From an uncultured bacterium (lineage in GTDB: Bacteria; Babelota; Babeliae; Babelales; Babelaceae): 64,000 nucleotides of DNA. The translations under genes were made by a program, and so were the position numbers. Below are positions 58,721 through 64,000 of the stretch, in pieces; position 1 is the first letter of the stretch; each line of letters begins with the position of its first letter. Under the pieces are notes generated by a model. That model searched no databases, had not been told where the DNA came from, and saw nothing but the letters and a program-made list of their open reading frames with translations. The stretch covers positions 1,216,001 through 1,280,000 of the forward strand of contig OY970209.1 in the NCBI GenBank assembly GCA_963713855.1, in the 5' to 3' direction.

Positions 58721-59677
58721 ATGAAGATGAAATTTATAATTGCGATGCTTGCTGGTATCGCTTATGCTCAAGTATCTGAATGCCAAGGTGATTCAACAAA
58801 AGGCATGATTGGCGTTGAAAGCATGCAAAACTTAGCAGACATGCAAGCACAAGAACCTCGAGAAAACCAAGAACCCTACAGTTTAGTTTCTAAATTTAGT
58901 GACCCTTCAAGATTTAAAAGTGTGTCAGCTCCCCTTAAAGACGCAGTTGATCATGGAACGTTCTGGGGTCGTCAGATATCTGAACACCAGCTCTTCTTGC
59001 ACTTAGGTATAGAAGACGCGGAGTTCAAACAAAAAGCGCTTGATTTGCACAAGGAGTGGGAAACGTACCGCAACATGCTACAAACCCGCCCAAGCTTAGA
59101 TACGCTTAATCAATGGCTGCCCCTATTACAAAAGACAAGGGCATTCCAGATAGATATTCTTAAAGTTCTCTACTCTGGAAAATGGATCGGCTGGATTTTC
59201 CCTCTTTTTGTAAACCACATTACTCTTGAGTTAGATTACCTGGTAGATAAGCTCAATGATATACCTTACACAGCGGATGACGAAATAATGTTCTGGAACC
59301 GTATTAATAGTGAACATGCAGCATTTGCGGCTCACCTTCTGGATCCATCTGAGCGAGATTTATTCTTGAAAGCAGACGCTATGTCAGTCAAGTTACATAA
59401 CTTGCAGCTTCCTGAGAGCGAAAAAGAAATGTGGCTTACCGTCTCGCTTAAAGCTGGAAAAGAGCTCGATCAGCTTAATAAACAAGCTCGTGTAGGAGCA
59501 AAAGCTAACAAAGTTCTCTCAGTAATTCACCCAGTATTATTGGATCACGTTATCCGAGAAGGTGAAAGAGGAATACAAACTCTTGAAAAGATAAAAGCAG
59601 AAGCGCCTGAATCGGCTAAAATGGTAACTCAAACTCAAAATGAGTTACAAAAACAATTCGCTGAATTGAGTAGGTAA
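58721..59677 (+). CDS. DUF2935-domain protein with signal peptide
   Basis: Duplicated FW-x5-EH motif (FWGRQISEH, FWNRINSEH), PLFVNHITLE, PVLLDHVIRE; AGGAGG RBS. Confidence 0.8.
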   Translation: MKMKFIIAMLAGIAYAQVSECQGDSTKGMIGVESMQNLADMQAQEPRENQEPYSLVSKFSDPSRFKSVSAPLKDAVDHGTFWGRQISEHQLFLHLGIEDAEFKQKALDLHKEWETYRNMLQTRPSLDTLNQWLPLLQKTRAFQIDILKVLYSGKWIGWIFPLFVNHITLELDYLVDKLNDIPYTADDEIMFWNRINSEHAAFAAHLLDPSERDLFLKADAMSVKLHNLQLPESEKEMWLTVSLKAGKELDQLNKQARVGAKANKVLSVIHPVLLDHVIREGERGIQTLEKIKAEAPESAKMVTQTQNELQKQFAELSR

Positions 59678-59836
59678 CCTTTTTTGTAGAGTAAAGCGAT
59701 GGCTCAGTAGGTTGACCTACTGAGCCACATTTTTGACCAGACTTTAAAACACGGATTACGCTTGTCTTCTTTGCTGTTCTTTAGTAAGTGGATAAAAGAA
59801 TATATGCAACGAGACGCGCAGATAACTTGCCTAAAT

Positions 59837-60466
59837 CTATTTGGAAGTTGTTGCAGCAAAGCATATATCTCCAAAACATACAGGTTCGCCAGCACTTCCT
59901 GTTTCTTTTCTCAAGGCTTCTTCAAGTTGTTTGAGGTGGGTAAAAGCGCTGCTAAAATTATCATAAGCATTCTTAAGTTCTTTGAAGCTTTTATTGAGTT
60001 GACTTTTCTTTGGAGGCCCAAAACCTTCATAGGCCATCTTTTCTAAAAAGTCTCTACTTTTAAAGAGATCAGTGTAAAGATCCTTTGAGGTCTTAAGAGA
60101 AACCAAATATCTTTTGACTTGTGAAGCGTAAGAGTCGTATTCTAAAGCACGAGACTTAAGCTCTGAAGAAGCAGGGCCCATCTTGAAGCCAGGGAGTCCT
60201 TCCAATTGTTTACTCCTCTTTAAAAATTCTTCACTCTGATATAATAATTGCGGCTGAAGTTCTTCTAAAAACGGGAAAAAGTTGTCCTCTTTTTCTTTAA
60301 GACTTGTATAGCGCTCAGACGCTCTGTCTTCAGCTTTTAAAATTTCGTGCTTCAAGCGCTCAATAGTAGTGATAAGTTTTGATTCGATAGGTTTTTTAGG
60401 CTGGCTTATCAAGGAAAAGCAATTGATAAGCGTTATTGAAGATAAAATAAGTATCGTTTTTTTCAT
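59837..60466 (-). CDS. Secreted helical hypothetical protein
   Basis: MKKTILIL signal peptide; charged, coiled-coil-like composition. Confidence 0.6.
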   Translation of the reverse strand: MKKTILILSSITLINCFSLISQPKKPIESKLITTIERLKHEILKAEDRASERYTSLKEKEDNFFPFLEELQPQLLYQSEEFLKRSKQLEGLPGFKMGPASSELKSRALEYDSYASQVKRYLVSLKTSKDLYTDLFKSRDFLEKMAYEGFGPPKKSQLNKSFKELKNAYDNFSSAFTHLKQLEEALRKETGSAGEPVCFGDICFAATTSK

Positions 60467-60645
60467 GAATATCGCGATCAGTTTTAGGGTTTATAAAATA
60501 TTTCTAATTATTATAATTAAAATTAGCATTAAAATTCAAGAGTTTGTAAATTGACACTGAAATTCGCTTTAACGCTCAGATTGGTGAACTGCTCGACCTC
60601 GCATTTTCACCAAAGCTAGCAATGGGTGCAGGGCAAGCGCCCTGC

Positions 60646-63600
60646 TTATGGTTTAGGTGCGTATAAGAGCGCTGGAGTATCTTTTGTTAAAGTAGCTGAC
60701 GCTGGCACTGTTACACTGTTTGATCTAGGTGACATTTTTGAAGGATCATCGGTTGGTAACGGAAGTGCGATTCCCTGGAGCGTAAAAAGCAGCACGAGCT
60801 GTGGGTAAGTCAGAGCACCACCGGTTGGAATACCTGTAGCGTCGTAAAGCACCCCTGACCGCAAGTCCACGTACGAAGCTTGTGCAGGAGGAGCATATGG
60901 TGCTTGTTGATCTGCGTCAGTAAATTGATAGAGGTAGCGCTTGTTTTCAGCATCGTACAAAAATTGATTCGACTGGAGTATCGAAGCTTGTACGTTTGCA
61001 ACTTGATCTTCAGGCACGTTAAGTACAGCAGCTATAGCTTTTAGGTTTACGACGTTTGGCAATGGTTTAAAAATACCAATGTCCCCGTATGCGGTAAGAC
61101 TTATGTAGCCATTAAGTTGCTTTTGAACATCAAGAAGTGTCTGCGCGTCGGTCGATTGATAATCAGGTACGTAAAAATGTTTACCATTAGCATCAACTAA
61201 ACAAACATAAGAAGCTCCAGTTCGAGGATCAGTCAGATTATCGTAGAATGTGACACTATAATCACTCTTTTGACCACCGGGAAGAACACCTTGGAACACT
61301 TTACCCTGACCTTGCGCTCCTGCAGCTTTGCATTCGATGTAGGCGCCCGCTGGTAGCGTGGCAAGGCGATTATCTTTTGTAAGCGAAGAAACAAATAGGC
61401 TTTCTGCGCCGAGGGCAATAAGGGGCGCATTGGCATAATTTGGATCCCATTGTATTTTTGGTCCTTCAAATACGGTGCTCGGGCCAGTACCTATGTAACT
61501 ATATGAGCGAGCAAATTTTTGATTTGTTTCAGGTCCAAAGGTTACACCTTCAGGATCAAAAGCAATAACAGGTCCACCAGATGGTAACGTTTTCATTTGT
61601 CCCGTCTTAACCACCCAAGAAACTGTCCGACCAAGGTTGGCAGGTTTTACAGCGATGTAGGTATTTGCATTGCCAACAGCTTGAAAACCTTTAAAGACCT
61701 CTTCAGGGTTTTTGGTAGACGTAAAATCTCTATAAAATGCAAGATCAAAATAGTATCCGTCAGGTCCTTGCCCAAAAAAGCGAGGATTTTTAGCAGCATC
61801 AACGCCCCGTGCAAAAACAAGTCTTCCTTTTGATGTTCTTACAGGATATTGAGCTATGCGGGGATTTCCGTCATGCGTAAACTGCGTTCCAGTATAAAAA
61901 TCTACGTAATAAGGAGCTTCTTGGCCGACTGGTTTAAAATCTGCAAGTACACGTAAGCCAGGCATGAGCTTGTTGGTATACTCTAAAAGTGTGTAAGTGC
62001 CGTCAGGCATTGAAGCTGTTAAAGGCGGCGTAAATGCCGAAAGTGTGCTATTTTTGCTAAGATCTAAAACCCCAACAGTGGCTGGAACACTTAATACTTG
62101 AGAGCTACCGGCCATCGCAACCCCTGCCTTAGAACGCATCACATCAAGAAGCGCGCCCTCGTAAAAGGCGGTCGCATACCCCTGGCTATTATAAAGTGCA
62201 CCGACTTGTGCGCCTCTTACCATTGGTCCAGCGTAATCGAAGATGGTTTGCAGCGTTGAACCTTTAGGGTCACCAGGAGCCCCTGTAACAGCATAATATT
62301 TACCGTTATAAAACTTAAGCCATTGATACGGTGCGCTGAGGTAAGGCACAGAAGAACTTAATAACGCTGAAGCTATGCCAGAATCCAAGCTCATCGTAGG
62401 TCCGGTCGGTGTTTTTACAGGGGGTAACGAAGCTTGCTGCTGACCGATAAGAAGATCAATTGCGTTTCTCAGGGCAGTCCTTAAAGTTTTACCCTTGGAA
62501 ACCATTCCTACAAGGTCTTGTGGCTTTAACGAAGAAGGTAGGGACATGTCCGTCGCCCCTTGAGCATTATAAAAAATGCCTGAAATAAGGCTTACAATAT
62601 GCGTCGGATTTGCTTCCAAAGGAATACCGATAGGTTGCTGAATTGCACCATTGACTACGCTAACACCAACAAAAAAATCCGTTATTTGGGATATGCTCGG
62701 CGGAAATGCTGCAACGGAGGTGATATCTTGATAAATATAGGTGCCATTTGCCACGTCCTGCGGATCAATCGTGAGTAAGAAATTAGCAAAACTGTAGCGC
62801 TTCCATAAAGATGGCGGTTTTGTAGACGTTTGAACATCAAGCATTTTTCTGAGTTGAGTATTCTTAAGACCGCTTTGCAATGCTGCGAGGTTTGAAATTT
62901 TGAGCGGCATGCCATTCTTATCAAAAGCATTTACAAGAGCACCCTGATCATTACGCTGATACACAGTACCATTCACTAAACTAATTAAATATGGCTGCGG
63001 GTTTACGGCATTGAAAGGTTCGACCGATGGTACACTATTGTCAGCTTGAAGTACGGAAGCAACTATAAAAAAATCACCTGGTGCTGTAGAAGATTGATAA
63101 ACAAAGTCACCCTGTTGCAAGGCTTCAAGACTCACTGCTTGTATCAGGACGTTTGGAATCTGGTTTGTGGTGAATGAGAAGGGACCAAATTGCTCATATA
63201 ATAGCCACTGCTGTGGCTGTTTTCCCATCAAACCCAGTCTCCACAGAGTATGCGATCTGAGGATACTTATATGTAAAGGCATAAGCCCTGATGATTGCGA
63301 TGTTAAATAGTCTGCTAAAAGTGCTCGGCTCTTTTGATCCTGTCCCTGCACCTGGGGTCCTAGATTCATACCCCTTTGATAGAGATAGAATGGTCCTACA
63401 CCAATAAGCCCAGCCTCAGCAAGCGTAACTTGGTAATTCTGACCTGGATCAATACCCAGAGACGTTGAAAGCCCGTCAAACAGTGTTTGAGCTGCAGGAG
63501 TCAAAGCAGTTTTAAGGCTTGTCGTACCTATATGCTCAAAAGCGCTTGCTATAGCAGGGTTGCTTGTCGCTGAAAGCAGTTTATTAAGGTCATTTGGTGA

Positions 63601-63999
63601 AGCATGAGCAAGATCGGTTGTAATAAGATTTTGCGCTATACCTTTGCTCAATGTGCTTGTTATTGCACCAGCGATAACAGCTCCAACACTCTTTAATGCA
63701 GCTTCCTTATTTGAAGCCCAGAAACCGAGAAGCCCTTGTATTACAGCGGGAGTTAATCCAAGTGCTTGAAGTGACGAAACAACTCGCGAGGCGGCATAGG
63801 TCGCAATACGATCAATCGCATTAGAAGCTTTAGCACTGCTATATACGGCATCGGTTGAGGCTTTAATGTTTTGAGCAATCGAAAACACTATGTTAGGAAG
63901 CACACTCAATACAGGTTGGTTGTATGGGTTGAGGTCATATTCTTGATAAAGTGTTCCGAGCGGGGCGGTTAAATCTTCACAGCCTTTAGTTGTGTACGT
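60646..63999 (-). CDS. Large hypothetical protein, 5'-truncated by window edge
   Basis: Frame stays open upstream of 63909 to the window end; recurring motif (I/V)(S/D)Lx(S/N/T)Gx(V/F/L)Y. Confidence 0.8.
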   Translation of the reverse strand, partial: TYTTKGCEDLTAPLGTLYQEYDLNPYNQPVLSVLPNIVFSIAQNIKASTDAVYSSAKASNAIDRIATYAASRVVSSLQALGLTPAVIQGLLGFWASNKEAALKSVGAVIAGAITSTLSKGIAQNLITTDLAHASPNDLNKLLSATSNPAIASAFEHIGTTSLKTALTPAAQTLFDGLSTSLGIDPGQNYQVTLAEAGLIGVGPFYLYQRGMNLGPQVQGQDQKSRALLADYLTSQSSGLMPLHISILRSHTLWRLGLMGKQPQQWLLYEQFGPFSFTTNQIPNVLIQAVSLEALQQGDFVYQSSTAPGDFFIVASVLQADNSVPSVEPFNAVNPQPYLISLVNGTVYQRNDQGALVNAFDKNGMPLKISNLAALQSGLKNTQLRKMLDVQTSTKPPSLWKRYSFANFLLTIDPQDVANGTYIYQDITSVAAFPPSISQITDFFVGVSVVNGAIQQPIGIPLEANPTHIVSLISGIFYNAQGATDMSLPSSLKPQDLVGMVSKGKTLRTALRNAIDLLIGQQQASLPPVKTPTGPTMSLDSGIASALLSSSVPYLSAPYQWLKFYNGKYYAVTGAPGDPKGSTLQTIFDYAGPMVRGAQVGALYNSQGYATAFYEGALLDVMRSKAGVAMAGSSQVLSVPATVGVLDLSKNSTLSAFTPPLTASMPDGTYTLLEYTNKLMPGLRVLADFKPVGQEAPYYVDFYTGTQFTHDGNPRIAQYPVRTSKGRLVFARGVDAAKNPRFFGQGPDGYYFDLAFYRDFTSTKNPEEVFKGFQAVGNANTYIAVKPANLGRTVSWVVKTGQMKTLPSGGPVIAFDPEGVTFGPETNQKFARSYSYIGTGPSTVFEGPKIQWDPNYANAPLIALGAESLFVSSLTKDNRLATLPAGAYIECKAAGAQGQGKVFQGVLPGGQKSDYSVTFYDNLTDPRTGASYVCLVDANGKHFYVPDYQSTDAQTLLDVQKQLNGYISLTAYGDIGIFKPLPNVVNLKAIAAVLNVPEDQVANVQASILQSNQFLYDAENKRYLYQFTDADQQAPYAPPAQASYVDLRSGVLYDATGIPTGGALTYPQLVLLFTLQGIALPLPTDDPSKMSPRSNSVTVPASATLTKDTPALLYAPKP

Positions 64000-64000
64000 T

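Overview
A gene-dense, AT-rich bacterial window. Housekeeping genes (proS, dnaN, recF, thyA-folA, ruvC, dnaB, rplI, ileS, murD-ftsW, NAD kinase, pepA, pyrG) are interspersed with many signal-peptide-bearing ankyrin, beta-propeller and orphan proteins. This pattern suggests a host-dependent intracellular bacterium, most resembling Dependentiae (TM6/Babelota); that is inference, not a database result. Main points: (1) a very compact polymorphic toxin locus at 49.2-51.6 kb: Sec signal + splicing-defective Hint domain + hydrophobic hairpin + Ntox21-like rRNase, a cognate CdiI-like immunity gene, and orphan immunity genes with toxin-tail relics; (2) three 7-/14-blade beta-propeller surface-protein genes with blade-register shuffling and decayed blade relics (17-24.5 kb); (3) a ~260-bp non-coding element with terminal inverted repeats and nested perfect hairpins (32.9-33.1 kb); (4) five tandem Inc-like hairpin membrane proteins (44.4-47.7 kb); (5) a recurring signal peptide followed by Met-Glu/Met-His on ankyrin proteins; (6) an abrupt zone of extreme strand skew starting near 25.1 kb. 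I recognised no rRNA, tRNA, CRISPR array, transposase or integrase. All family assignments come from motif recognition by eye.
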